From Deltaproteobacteria bacterium (GTDB lineage Bacteria > Desulfobacterota > Deferrisomatia > Deferrisomatales > JACRMM01): a stretch of DNA of 32,000 nt. The stretch lies in the NCBI GenBank assembly GCA_016214985.1, contig JACRMM010000029.1, positions 25,938 to 57,937 of the forward strand, written 5' to 3'. The notes below the pieces were generated by a model. The model saw only the letters and a list, made by a program, of their open reading frames with translations. It was not told the origin of the DNA and searched no databases. Made by a program: the position numbers and the translations under genes. Of this stretch, positions 1 to 9,541 are shown piece after piece (the first letter of the stretch is position 1; the number at the start of each line of letters is the position of its first letter).

Positions 1-91
1 GACGATCGCTGGGAATCGTTGACCGGTGCAGCCGTCCGAACGGCCGCGCCGCATGCTCTCCGGTGAAAGGAGCAATGGGCGGAGTAGCCCC

Positions 92-493
92 TCAGTGCGT
101 AAGGCGTTCCCGCCAACGATAGTGCGCGGCGTTGACGACGTCGGGGAGCCGCCACTCATAGCGATCCGCGTTCACGAGCTCGCTCTTGAACGTTCTCCAC
201 TCGTACCGGCCCTCGTTGAGGACTTCGTCGCTGACCGGAGAGTCACGTCGAACCGTTGTTGCCCTCGGCCCGAACGCGAAGCGATCCGCGTTGAGCAACC
301 GGGAAACCGGATCGGGAGCTGGGACCGGGACAGCGACAGCGACCGGGACCAAGACGGAAGCCGATGGCGCCTTTGCCGCGCGGTCTTCTTCCTCCGGTCG
401 CGACGGTTGTGCCGGAGATACCGGCGCCGTCGGTGGGCCAGAAGGGGGCGGAGTCATACCCAGCGCTGTCTTCACCGTGGTCCACACTCCCAT
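92..493 (-). CDS. Hypothetical small protein with a C-terminal repeated motif (LNADRFAF / LNEGRYEW / VNADRYEW / VNAAHYRW)
   Basis: Minus-strand ORF (track 92..511). ATG at 493 is preceded by GGGAGGAGG. Four near-repeats of [LV]N-x-x-[RH]-[YF]-x-[WF]. Confidence 0.55.
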   Translation of the reverse strand: MGVWTTVKTALGMTPPPSGPPTAPVSPAQPSRPEEEDRAAKAPSASVLVPVAVAVPVPAPDPVSRLLNADRFAFGPRATTVRRDSPVSDEVLNEGRYEWRTFKSELVNADRYEWRLPDVVNAAHYRWRERLTH

Positions 494-851
494 GGTCGCC
501 TCCTCCCTCACACCTCACGTCTCTGTGCCGAGCCGGACGCCCGGGGAACGCTTCCCCGGGTCGATTGGTTCTGGACGCGGGCCGTTCGCTGCCATCGAAC
601 AAAATGGCATTCTATTATCGAAGCATCTCTGGTGCAAGATGAAGCTGGCTTGCTCCTCGTCGGCCGTTGGGACTGGAAAGCCATCTGTCTCAGAGTGAGC
701 CCCTGTTTGATCGAGCGCTCCTCTTTCGCGCCGCGGAGACCGGCGAGTGATCGGGGGAGGGGCCATCGTGGCCTCCCTCGGCTCGTTGTGTCACACTGCC
801 GTGCGCGGGGACGGCCCAGGGCCGTCCACCAGCCGGAAGGGAGGGCAGGCC

Positions 852-1067
852 ATGGCGGGCACCCGTGTCGGACTCCTCCTGCTCGCGGCGCCCGTCCTGA
901 TCGGTCAGGGCTGCACGTATCGCGCCTGGTACGAAGGGTTCAAGGAACGCGAGCGACAGGAGTGCTATCGAAACGCAAGCCAGGAGGAAGTTCAGAAGTG
1001 CCTGGATCGCGTGAACAGCACGACCTACGACGACTACAGGAGGAACCGGACGGACGGGAAGGAGTAG
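852..1067 (+). CDS. Small putative lipoprotein/exported protein
   Basis: Internal ATG at 852 gives MAGTRVGLLLLAAPVLIGQGCTYRAWYEGFKERERQECY..., with a hydrophobic signal and a Cys in lipobox-like position. Confidence 0.6.
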   Translation: MAGTRVGLLLLAAPVLIGQGCTYRAWYEGFKERERQECYRNASQEEVQKCLDRVNSTTYDDYRRNRTDGKE

Positions 1068-1343
1068 GAGGGCACTGCGGCGGGTCGTCATGGTTCGTCC
1101 TCCGTGCGGGAACGGGAGCGACGAGTCAAGAGCCGCCCGACCCGAGCTACTCTCGGCCGCGTCGCGGAGCCGGGCACCGGTGGGCCGGATTCGGTCGCGA
1201 TGCGCGGCCTCGTGCCTTGTCCCATCGGTGCCTCCGGCGACTGTCGCTTCGTTGACTTCCGTTCCCGCAAATCCTAGACTGCGCGCGCTGTTTCCCCGAA
1301 CCGCGCGAAGGCCCCGGGTCCTGCCTCGGAGGTGCTGCCCGCC

Positions 1344-2828
1344 ATGGACGTCCTCCTGATCGAGCCGCCGTACAAGAGCCTCAAGGGCGTCTCTCTCGAC
1401 TGTGGCTACGTGATGAGCCTCGTGAGCCTGGCCGCCTATCTCCGCGCCGCGGGGATCGAGGCTCAGGTGCTGAGCGCCGATCTCCTGCTGGATCTCCCGC
1501 CGCAGAACGCCGTGGAGATCGACCTGGTCCGGTACGCCCGGGGCCAGGATCAGTACGAATACGCCGTGCTCCAGGACGACCACCCGGTGTGGCGGGACCT
1601 CGCCGCGGTCGTCCGAAAAGCCCGACCGAGGGCCGTGGGCGTCACGTACATGACGCCGGTGAAGTACGCGGTCGCCCGTGTCGCCGAGGTCGTGAAGGCG
1701 GTCGACCCGGAGATCCCAGTCATCCTGGGCGGGCATCACCCGACCTTCTGCGCCGACGAGGTCCTCGCGGACCCGAACGTGGACTTCGTGGTTCGGGGAG
1801 AGGGCGAGGTCCCCTTCCTGGCGCTGATCCGGCAGCTCCTCGCCGGCCGGCGCGGGTGGGAGAGCGTCCCCGGTCTCACCTATCGGGAGCCGGGCGGGGA
1901 CATCCGAAGCACGGCAGAGCCGCCCCTCCTCGCCGATCTCGACGCCTTGCCGTTCCCGGCCCGCGACGCGGTGATCGGGTGCAACTTCCGACGCTACCGC
2001 ACGCACTTCGCCGCCACGGCGCGGGGTTGCCCGTCCCGGTGTGCGTTCTGCTGCGATCGGACTCTCTGGCACCGCAAGGTCCGCCGCAGGAGCGTCGGGA
2101 ACGTCCTGGAGGAGCTCAAGGAACTCAAAGCGACCTACGACGTGTCGTACGTGGACGTGACCGACGGCACGTTCACCTACGACCCCTCCTATGTCCGTGC
2201 CTTCTGCGAGCGGATGATCGCGGAGGATCTGGGCATCCGCTGGCGGTGCACGGCCCGGTTCGACGGGCTCGACGCCGGTCTGCTCCGGCTCATGCGGAAG
2301 GCGAACTGCTCGGCCCTCTACTTCGGGCTCGAGTCGGGGAGCCGGAGGATCCTCGATTCCATCCACAAGGGGACGAACCTCGAGGAGATCCGGCGGGTCG
2401 GCCGGATGGTCCGAGACAGCGGCCTCGTCTCCATGGTCTCGGTCCTGGTCGGCCTGCCAGACGAGACCGACGCCGACGTGCAGGACACCCTCGCCCTCAT
2501 GCGATCCCTCACGGCCGATCTGTTCGACGTCAACACCTACATCCCCCTTCCGGGGACCCACCTCTACGACGCCCTGGACGAGGAGACCCGCCGCAGCATC
2601 GACTGGCGGAAGATGGGGTATAAATCCCTCGTCGGCCGCTTCTCGCCGCACATTCCTGAGCCGCGGCTGCGCGAGCTCGTGCTCGAGGCCCACGCCGTGG
2701 CGGAAGAGTCCAAGCGGCGGTTTCGCCGTCGCTTGCCGAGGCTCGCCGCGGCCGAGGCGGCGAGCCGGGTCTGGGCGTTGACCCGACGTCTGCTGCCGCG
2801 CCGTCCTCGGCCAGCCGACGAAGGGTAG
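1344..2828 (+). CDS. B12-binding-domain radical SAM protein
   Basis: N-terminal B12-binding-like fold sequence (VLLIEPP...GVTYMT...VILGGHHPT..VVRGEGE) followed by ARGCPSRCAFCCD (CxxxCxxC [4Fe-4S] motif). ATG at 1344; a GTG at 1332 is also possible. Confidence 0.9.
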   Translation: MDVLLIEPPYKSLKGVSLDCGYVMSLVSLAAYLRAAGIEAQVLSADLLLDLPPQNAVEIDLVRYARGQDQYEYAVLQDDHPVWRDLAAVVRKARPRAVGVTYMTPVKYAVARVAEVVKAVDPEIPVILGGHHPTFCADEVLADPNVDFVVRGEGEVPFLALIRQLLAGRRGWESVPGLTYREPGGDIRSTAEPPLLADLDALPFPARDAVIGCNFRRYRTHFAATARGCPSRCAFCCDRTLWHRKVRRRSVGNVLEELKELKATYDVSYVDVTDGTFTYDPSYVRAFCERMIAEDLGIRWRCTARFDGLDAGLLRLMRKANCSALYFGLESGSRRILDSIHKGTNLEEIRRVGRMVRDSGLVSMVSVLVGLPDETDADVQDTLALMRSLTADLFDVNTYIPLPGTHLYDALDEETRRSIDWRKMGYKSLVGRFSPHIPEPRLRELVLEAHAVAEESKRRFRRRLPRLAAAEAASRVWALTRRLLPRRPRPADEG

Positions 2829-2969
2829 GGCGCTCGTTGTCGGGTCGGGATCTGGGTCACCGATCGCCCGCTCCTCCACTCCGGTCGTGCCCGGAAGGAG
2901 CTGCAGGACCCGAGTGCGCCCGAGCAGCGAGCTCAAGACCCGGCCCGGTTCGGCCGATCGGTTACGAGC

Positions 2970-5900
2970 GTGCGGGTCGTAGAGCCCTCGCGCCGAGCGC
3001 GCGGTCTCCAGGGACCGCTCTGCGAGGGGCTTCGGCAGGATGCAGCCCTCCCTCTATCCCGTTTCTCTCGCGAGGATGCTACGGTGTGGTCCGACGACGA
3101 GCGCTTCTTCCGCTTGATCGCGGAGAATAGCGACGACCTGATCGCCGTGCTCGACCGGCGCGGACTCTTCGTGTACGCGAGCCCCGGCTACCGGGACGTC
3201 CTCGGCTACGAGCCGGAGGAGCTCGTGGGTGCGGATGCGCTGTCGTTCATCCACTCCGACGACCGGCCCAATGTCGTGGAGAAGCTCGCGCGGCTGCTCT
3301 CCGACGGCACGCCGGACCGCGCCGTGTTTCGGAACCGTCACCGCGACGGATCCTGGCGGGTGTTCGAGGCGGCAGGTCGGCGCGCCGCCGATGACTCCGG
3401 GAGTGGTGCTTCGGTGGTCGTCACGTCGCGGGACGTGACCGAGCGAGTGCGGACCGAGGAGGCGCTGCGGGAGAGCGAGGCGCGGTACGGGAGCCTGTTC
3501 GGGGACAGCCACGCGGTCATGCTCGTCCTGGATCCGGAGAGCGGTGCCATCGTCGACGCCAACCAGGCGGCCTGCTCGTTTTACGGGTACACCCGCGCGC
3601 AACTGAGGGGCAGTTCGGTTTTTGACCTGAATGCGCTCCCGAGAGAGCGGGTCGTCGGCGAGTTGGCCCGCGCCGCCCGCGGGAGCCGCAGACATTTCTT
3701 CTTCCCGCACCGTCTCGCCAACGGGGAGATCCGCGACGTCGAGGTCTATTCCGGGCCCGTCGCCGTCGCCGGCCGAACCCTCCTCTACTCGATCGTCCAC
3801 GACGTTACCGACCGCACCCGGGCACAGGCCGCGCTTCGGGAGGAGCAGGACCGGCTGGAGCGCCAGCTGCGGTTCGCGAGGGCCCTCAACAGCATCTCCG
3901 AGGCCGTGCTCCACTACGACGACGAGCCCACCCTGTTGGAGTCCACGGCGGAGATTGTCGGGGAAACCCTCCGGGTGGACCGGTGCCTGATCTACGACGT
4001 GGATTTCGGCCGCGGGGAGGTTGCAGGCCGGTGCGAGTGGCTGAACCCCTCCACCGCGGTGCTCGAGCCGACCAAAGGCACGTATGGCCTCAATCTCTTT
4101 CGCTCGAGCGTCCAGCACACCTGGGACACGCGCCTGGGGTTGGAGAGTCACACCGACGCCGTGAACCCTTGCCTGGCGGAGGACGGGTCGGCCGAGTGGC
4201 TCCACGACCGGATGGGTATCCGAAGCCTGCTCTGGCACCCCTTCTCCTTCCGGACAAAGGGATTCCACTCGCTGATCTTCCACCAGACCACGGCCCGGCG
4301 GACGTGGCTCCCGGACGAGCATCAATTCCTCGACGCGGCAGCTCGGCAGGTCGACATCGCCCTTCAGAAGATCGGTCTCCTCGCCCAGCGCACCGAGTCG
4401 GAGCGCGCCCTGCGGGCCTCCGAGGACCGCTACCGCGCAATCTTCGAGACCGCCGGGATCCCGATGATCATCATCGACGAGGACACGACGATCTCGCTGG
4501 CCAACGCCGAGTTCGAGAGACTCTCGGGGTGTTCAAAGTACGAGTTGCAGGGGAAGAGGAGCTGGACGGAGTTTGCGGGCGCCGTGGACCTGGACCGGAT
4601 GGTGGGCTACCATCACGGCCGGCGCCTCGACCCGGATTCGGCGCCGCGCAAGTACGAGTTCGAGTTTGTGGACGCTGCGGGGCGCTCCCGAACCGTCGTC
4701 ACCACGGTCGCGATGATCCCCGGTTCGAGGCAGAGCGTGGCGTCGTACCTCGACATCTCCGAGAGCAAGCGGGCCGAGGCGGCGCTTCGCGCGTCCGAGG
4801 AGAAGTACCGCGTGTTCTTCGAAGACGATTTGACGGGCGACTTCCTCTCGAGCCCCGAAGGCCGCCTGACGGCCTGTAACCCGGCGTTCGCCCGAATCTT
4901 CGGGTTCTCGTCGCCCGAAGCGGCCGTGGGGTTCGACTTGACCGGATTGTACCCGTCGCCTGCCCAGCGGCTCGAGTTGATCGAGCGCCTGGTGCGCGAG
5001 CGGAGGCTCGAATACCTGGAGCTCGGGCTTCGCCGCCTCGACGGGGAAGCCGTCCACGTCGTGGCCAACCTGATTGGCCGCTTCGACGAGTCCGGCGAGC
5101 TGCGGGAGATCCGCGGGTATCTCTTCGACGACACGGGCAGGAAGAAGCTCGAGGTGCAGCTCCTGCAGGCCCAGAAGCTCGAGAGCGTGGGGCAGCTCGC
5201 CGGAGGCGTGGCCCACGACTTCAACAACATCCTCGCCGGCATCATGGGGCACGCGGAGCTGGCCGTGGCCCGCGCGCCCGACGGTCACCCGACGCGCCGT
5301 CACATGGCGCAGGTCGTCGACTTGGCGGAGAGGGCGGCCGGGACCACGCGGCGCCTCCTCGCGTTCTCCCGCCGACAGGTGCTGGAGCCGGTCACCGTCG
5401 GGATGAACGACATCGTGGCGAGCCTGCACCGCCTGATCGGCAAGACCCTCGGGGAACGCATCGAGATCTCGGTGTCGGTCGATCCCGACCTTCCTCCGAT
5501 CTTCGCGGACACCGCCCAGATGGAGCAGGTTCTCCTGAACCTGTGCATCAACGCTCGGGACGCCATGCCCGAGGGAGGCAGGCTGCTCATCGAAACGAGG
5601 CGCGCCACGCTCGACGCGGCCTCCCTTCCGGCCCGCACCGGGCTCGCGCCGGGCGAGTACGTCCTCGTCGGTGTCTCGGACAGCGGGTCCGGCATGGAGG
5701 AGGCGGTGCGACGGCGCATCTTCGAGCCTTTCTTCACGACGAAGGAGCCGGACCGGGGCACGGGCCTCGGTCTGGCCATGGTGCACGGCATCGTCACGCA
5801 GCACCGGGGGTTCGTGGACGTGGCCACAGCGGAGGGCCGCGGTACCACGTTTACCGTGTACCTGCCGGCGGCCCAGGGTCTCGAGGAGCGGCCGGACTCG

Positions 5901-6398
5901 ACCCTGTCACGGCCGGTCCAAGGGGGGAACGAGACCGTTCTGCTCGTGGAGGACGACGAGGCCCTCCGCGACCTGGCCGTCGACGTCCTCCAGCAGCACG
6001 GGTATGCGGCCGTGGCTGCGAGCAACGGGGAGGAGGCGCTACGGCTGCTCGAGGAGAGGGAAGGAGAGGTCGCGCTCGTCGTGACCGACGTGGTCATGCC
6101 CAGGATGGACGGCGTGGCACTCTACGACCGGGTCCGGCGACTCCGGGCCGAAACGAGGTTCCTCTTCGTCAGCGGGTACCCGGACGGCGCAATGGACGAG
6201 GGGTTCATGCTCGACGCTCTCGTCCCGTTCCTTCGCAAGCCCTTCAACACGCGCCAGCTTCTGGACAAGGTCCGGGAGGCACTGGACCGGGCTCCTGCTG
6301 CCGCGGCTCCCGTGAGGAGGGATCTGTCGCGCGCGCGCGCGGCAACCGCTCTCGGCGGCCGCGCAACCCCGGTAGCGAGTCTGCGGAGGCGACGGTAG
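2970..6398 (+). CDS. Hybrid sensor histidine kinase (PAS-PAS-GAF-PAS-PAS-HisKA-HATPase_c-REC)
   Basis: Repeated PAS signatures (ESEARYGSLF, ASEDRYRAIFE, ASEEKYRVFFE), H-box LAGGVAHDFNNIL, ATPase motifs (CINARDAMPEGG, GSGM, GTGLGLAM), C-terminal receiver (VLLVEDDEAL...VVTDVVMPRMDG...KPF). Exact start uncertain; GTG 3084 is an alternative. Confidence 0.92.
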   Translation: MRVVEPSRRARGLQGPLCEGLRQDAALPLSRFSREDATVWSDDERFFRLIAENSDDLIAVLDRRGLFVYASPGYRDVLGYEPEELVGADALSFIHSDDRPNVVEKLARLLSDGTPDRAVFRNRHRDGSWRVFEAAGRRAADDSGSGASVVVTSRDVTERVRTEEALRESEARYGSLFGDSHAVMLVLDPESGAIVDANQAACSFYGYTRAQLRGSSVFDLNALPRERVVGELARAARGSRRHFFFPHRLANGEIRDVEVYSGPVAVAGRTLLYSIVHDVTDRTRAQAALREEQDRLERQLRFARALNSISEAVLHYDDEPTLLESTAEIVGETLRVDRCLIYDVDFGRGEVAGRCEWLNPSTAVLEPTKGTYGLNLFRSSVQHTWDTRLGLESHTDAVNPCLAEDGSAEWLHDRMGIRSLLWHPFSFRTKGFHSLIFHQTTARRTWLPDEHQFLDAAARQVDIALQKIGLLAQRTESERALRASEDRYRAIFETAGIPMIIIDEDTTISLANAEFERLSGCSKYELQGKRSWTEFAGAVDLDRMVGYHHGRRLDPDSAPRKYEFEFVDAAGRSRTVVTTVAMIPGSRQSVASYLDISESKRAEAALRASEEKYRVFFEDDLTGDFLSSPEGRLTACNPAFARIFGFSSPEAAVGFDLTGLYPSPAQRLELIERLVRERRLEYLELGLRRLDGEAVHVVANLIGRFDESGELREIRGYLFDDTGRKKLEVQLLQAQKLESVGQLAGGVAHDFNNILAGIMGHAELAVARAPDGHPTRRHMAQVVDLAERAAGTTRRLLAFSRRQVLEPVTVGMNDIVASLHRLIGKTLGERIEISVSVDPDLPPIFADTAQMEQVLLNLCINARDAMPEGGRLLIETRRATLDAASLPARTGLAPGEYVLVGVSDSGSGMEEAVRRRIFEPFFTTKEPDRGTGLGLAMVHGIVTQHRGFVDVATAEGRGTTFTVYLPAAQGLEERPDSTLSRPVQGGNETVLLVEDDEALRDLAVDVLQQHGYAAVAASNGEEALRLLEEREGEVALVVTDVVMPRMDGVALYDRVRRLRAETRFLFVSGYPDGAMDEGFMLDALVPFLRKPFNTRQLLDKVREALDRAPAAAAPVRRDLSRARAATALGGRATPVASLRRRR

Positions 6399-6440
6399 GT
6401 TCCGGTGGCCGGTTCCTGACGGGCGCGGAGCGCGGCCGCG

Positions 6441-7298
6441 TCAGGGAGGGGCGCCCTCAGACGGCGTGCCTTCGGCCGGGCATCGGCGGGCCGCGGCGAA
6501 CAGTTCTTCGATCCAGGGGTCCGGGCCCGTCTTCAGGGCCCGGAGCCGTCGCCGGGCCGCCGCGATCTGCCGGTCCAGCCCTCGTGCCATCTCGGCCAGC
6601 AGATCGACGCCTACCCGGTGGGCCCGCTCGACCTTTCGGTGCAACCGGCACAGGTCGGACCGACCGAGCTCTTGGAGCTCTGCGGCGATCGCACCGAGGC
6701 GCCGCCGGGCCTGTTCGATCATCCTGCACACCCGACGAAGCTCGACCTCCGGGTCGTCGCCGGCGACGTGCTCGGCGCGGTTCTCCCAGTCCAGCAGGAG
6801 GTCGCGGAGCGCCTCCTCGTCTCCCTGCGCATAGGCGCGGTTGGCCTCCGCCATGAAGCTCTGCCGCCGCACCCGATCCTCCTCGTCGTCGGCGAGGTCA
6901 GGGTGCAGCGTTTTTGCAGCCCGGCGGTAAAGCTTCTTCAGGTCCTCCGAGGCGTCGAACGGCTCCATTTTCTCGTCCGCCCCCGCCGCCCACTCCGCGG
7001 CCTGCTCGGAGTCCGCGGCCTGGGCTGCTGCGGCCGCCGCCCGCTCTCGCGCCGCCCGATCCCGAGGTGACGCCGCCGCGAGCAGCGCGGCGATCTCGGC
7101 CTCCACGCCGTCGAGCTCTGCGTAGCGAAGGCCGATCGTGCGCAGGTAGACGAGCTCGAAGGACTGGAGCTCGGCGGAAAGGGTCGCGAGCTCGAGCTCC
7201 CGTTCGGCCAGCTCCGACTGCAGGCGCGCCAGCTCAGCGGCCTTCCGGTCGAGCTCAGACTCGGTGGTTTCCGTCGGACCGGCGACGACGAGGTCCAT
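6441..7298 (-). CDS. J-domain (DnaJ-like) protein with N-terminal coiled coil
   Basis: DLKKLYRRAAKTLHPDLADDEEDRVRRQSFMAEANRAYAQGD contains the HPD motif in a J-domain context. Confidence 0.8.
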   Translation of the reverse strand: MDLVVAGPTETTESELDRKAAELARLQSELAERELELATLSAELQSFELVYLRTIGLRYAELDGVEAEIAALLAAASPRDRAARERAAAAAAQAADSEQAAEWAAGADEKMEPFDASEDLKKLYRRAAKTLHPDLADDEEDRVRRQSFMAEANRAYAQGDEEALRDLLLDWENRAEHVAGDDPEVELRRVCRMIEQARRRLGAIAAELQELGRSDLCRLHRKVERAHRVGVDLLAEMARGLDRQIAAARRRLRALKTGPDPWIEELFAAARRCPAEGTPSEGAPP

Positions 7299-7320
7299 GG
7301 GCGCAGTTCCTGCCCTCGCC

Positions 7321-7908
7321 TCAGGCCCCGTGGAGGGCCGGGAGAAGCCGCCGAATCGCGCGCAGGAGCTCAGCGAAATCGGCGTTCTTGTGGAGGACCG
7401 CGTCGGCCTGGGTCAGGTCGCCCTCGCCGAGCCCGGCCGACGTGTAGAAGAGGAAGGGTACGCCCGGCAGCAGAAGCCGGCAGGAGCGCAGGAACGCGAC
7501 CCCCTCGGGCTCGCCGTCGCGCCCCTGGCACTCCGCTAGGGAAGAAGAGAGGATCAGGTCCACCCGGTGGTCGCGGAGGAACGAGAGCGCCCCGGCTGCG
7601 GACGACCGGCACACCAGCGAAACGCTGCCCTCCGCCAGGAGCTCGGTCAGCTTTGCCCGAAGCACCTTCTGAATGAACGCGTGGCCGTCCACGTGCAGGA
7701 TGCACCGGCCGCGGGCGAGTTCCGTCAGACCCCGCGCGGCGATGCGGCCGGCACGCAGCGGGTCGAAGGAGGCCAGCGCCCGCGGGGTCACCGCCGGCAC
7801 GCCGCTGCCACCGCTCTCCATGAACGTCCTCCCGTGTCTTCCCGGCAACGGCTCCGGTGGGCTCTCGGGGCCGCGGCTCATCTTCGCGGCAGCGGCGGTG
7901 GGCGTCAA
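7321..7908 (-). CDS. Degenerate receiver-like (pseudo-receiver) protein
   Basis: CILHVDGHAFIQKVLRAKL...VDLILSSS...VPFLFYTSAGL...AVLHKNADFAELLRAIRRLL follows the CheY-like pattern, but the usual Asp phosphoacceptor is Ser. Start uncertain. Confidence 0.6.
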   Translation of the reverse strand: MTPTAAAAKMSRGPESPPEPLPGRHGRTFMESGGSGVPAVTPRALASFDPLRAGRIAARGLTELARGRCILHVDGHAFIQKVLRAKLTELLAEGSVSLVCRSSAAGALSFLRDHRVDLILSSSLAECQGRDGEPEGVAFLRSCRLLLPGVPFLFYTSAGLGEGDLTQADAVLHKNADFAELLRAIRRLLPALHGA

Positions 7909-8060
7909 GCCCGGTCCTCCGCACTCCGGCGCGACTCCGGGGGATCCTGGGACTTCCCCGCGCCGTTCGCAGCTGTGCAGAGAGAGGGGCCAAGAGGCAG
8001 CGGGCCCACCGGAGGGTTGCTCCGACGGGCCCGCGATGGATCTCGATGGCGGGCGTCGCG

Positions 8061-8738
8061 TCAGCCGAGCTGCCCCAGGATGGACTTGCTCACCTCCTCG
8101 ATGGACGGGGCGCCGTCCACGGAGAGGATCCGGATCCCCGCCACGCCCTTGAAATAGTTGACCGCGGCCATGGTGCCGGCCTTGGCGTCGTAGTAGATGT
8201 CGTGGCGCTTGTTGATGGCCGTCTCATCCTGATCGTCGGCTCGGGTCTTCAAATCACCGCCGCAGACCCGGCAGACGAGCTTGCCGTTCTTCTCCACGGG
8301 TTTGATCGCGTCGAAGGCGACGTGATTGGGATGGTTGTTGTCGTTTACGCACAGCCTTCGGCCCGTGATGCGCAGCTTTGCGATCTCGCGATCGAGGACG
8401 ATCTCGATCACGCAGTCCACGTTCATCCCGGCCTTTCGGAGGGCCTCGTGAAGGCTCTGGGCCTGGGCGGGGTTCCGTGGGAACCCGTCGAGCAGCCAGC
8501 CCTTGACGCAGTCGCTCTCGCGCAGCCGGTCGAGGATCATCGGGATCGTGATGTCGTCCGGGACGAGGTCGCCTCGGTCGATGAAGCTCTTGGCCTTCAT
8601 GCCGAGGGCCGTGCCCTCCGCAATGCTCTTCCGGAAGATGGCGCCGGACTCGATGTGGGGCACCTGGTACTTTTTCTGCACCAGCGTCCCCTGCGTGCCC
8701 TTGCCGCTCCCGTTCGGCCCGAAGATCAGGATGTTCAT
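8061..8738 (-). CDS. adk: Adenylate kinase
   Basis: MNILIFGPNGSGKGTQGTLVQKKYQVPHIESGAIFR (P-loop), GWLLDGFPRNPAQA, GRRLC...CRVCGGDLKTRADD LID region. ATG at 8738. Confidence 0.92.
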   Translation of the reverse strand: MNILIFGPNGSGKGTQGTLVQKKYQVPHIESGAIFRKSIAEGTALGMKAKSFIDRGDLVPDDITIPMILDRLRESDCVKGWLLDGFPRNPAQAQSLHEALRKAGMNVDCVIEIVLDREIAKLRITGRRLCVNDNNHPNHVAFDAIKPVEKNGKLVCRVCGGDLKTRADDQDETAINKRHDIYYDAKAGTMAAVNYFKGVAGIRILSVDGAPSIEEVSKSILGQLG

Positions 8739-8847
8739 GCAGCGCCCCTTTCGTGGATGAAGTTGCCGCGGCCAAACGCCTCTTCGTCCCGGTCCGTGGT
8801 CCGGGACCTGGCGCGGGGCTCCTTTTAGCAGGGAATGGCGCAGACGG

Positions 8848-9414
8848 TCAAGGAGCGCGGTGGGCGACCGAAACACGGTTCGCCGCGTCCGTGCCGAAGA
8901 CCTCCGGGCGCCGGGGCACGCCTGGAGGGGGGGGCGGGAAGCAGCGGGCCAGGAAGGCCGAGACGCGCAGCCGGGTGTCGTCCTCGTCGACGCGGTTCTT
9001 CCTCACGGCGAGGCCCCCCAGGAACCCCACGCCGAGCGCGCCGAGGCGCCGCTCCAGGGCCCTCACGTAGCGGTCCTGGTCCCAGCCGCCGCAGGTCACG
9101 GCAACGGCTGTCGGCGGCAGTCGACGGCCGCAGGACGCCAGGAAGGCGTTCACGGGGGGGCAGGAGAGGGTCCACTTGGGCAGCAGGAGCAGGCACGCGT
9201 CGAAGGGAGCCGGGTCGGGCAGCGGGCCCCGGATCGGGACGCGAGACCCGGGAAGGAACGAGAGGGCGAGCCAGAGCGGGTAGGGCAGGTCAAGCCGGGG
9301 CACGAGGATCGCGTCACCGACCTCGTGGCCGGACTCCTGGAGCTCAGATCGGCAGCGTTCGGCAAGGGTTCGGGTGGTCCCGGTCCGAGAGTAGAGGCAT
9401 CGCAGTATCTTCAC
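8848..9414 (-). CDS. Flavodoxin-like family protein
   Basis: GTG at 9414 gives VKILRCLYSRTGTTRTLAERCRSEL, a flavodoxin FMN phosphate-loop pattern (S-x-T-G-x-T). The longer ORF (to 9630) has a low-complexity, non-homologous-looking extension. Confidence 0.65.
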   Translation of the reverse strand: MKILRCLYSRTGTTRTLAERCRSELQESGHEVGDAILVPRLDLPYPLWLALSFLPGSRVPIRGPLPDPAPFDACLLLLPKWTLSCPPVNAFLASCGRRLPPTAVAVTCGGWDQDRYVRALERRLGALGVGFLGGLAVRKNRVDEDDTRLRVSAFLARCFPPPPPGVPRRPEVFGTDAANRVSVAHRAP

Positions 9415-9541
9415 GGGTCGCCCCGCCCCGCAGCGACGTGGGCCATGCCGGCCTCGGCTTCGCCTGCGGGAACGCCTGCTAAATCGCCCATCGTCGCACT
9501 CCCCGAGCGCACGGGCCCCGCGGCGTGAGCTCTTCGCCGGG

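Noticed and set aside
690-2936. 748-aa minus-strand ORF
   Set aside because: Antisense to the B12-rSAM gene; low-complexity Arg/Ala/Pro/Glu composition typical of high-GC shadow ORFs, with no recognisable domain.
4533-5804. 423-aa minus-strand ORF
   Set aside because: Antisense shadow of the hybrid kinase, whose sense frame has clear domain motifs.
6415-6445. Inverted repeat CCTGACG...CGTCAGG between the convergent kinase and J-protein genes as a terminator
   Set aside because: The 7-bp stem has a GC-rich 17-nt interior and no T tract on either side. It could be a bidirectional factor-dependent element, but this is too weak to call.
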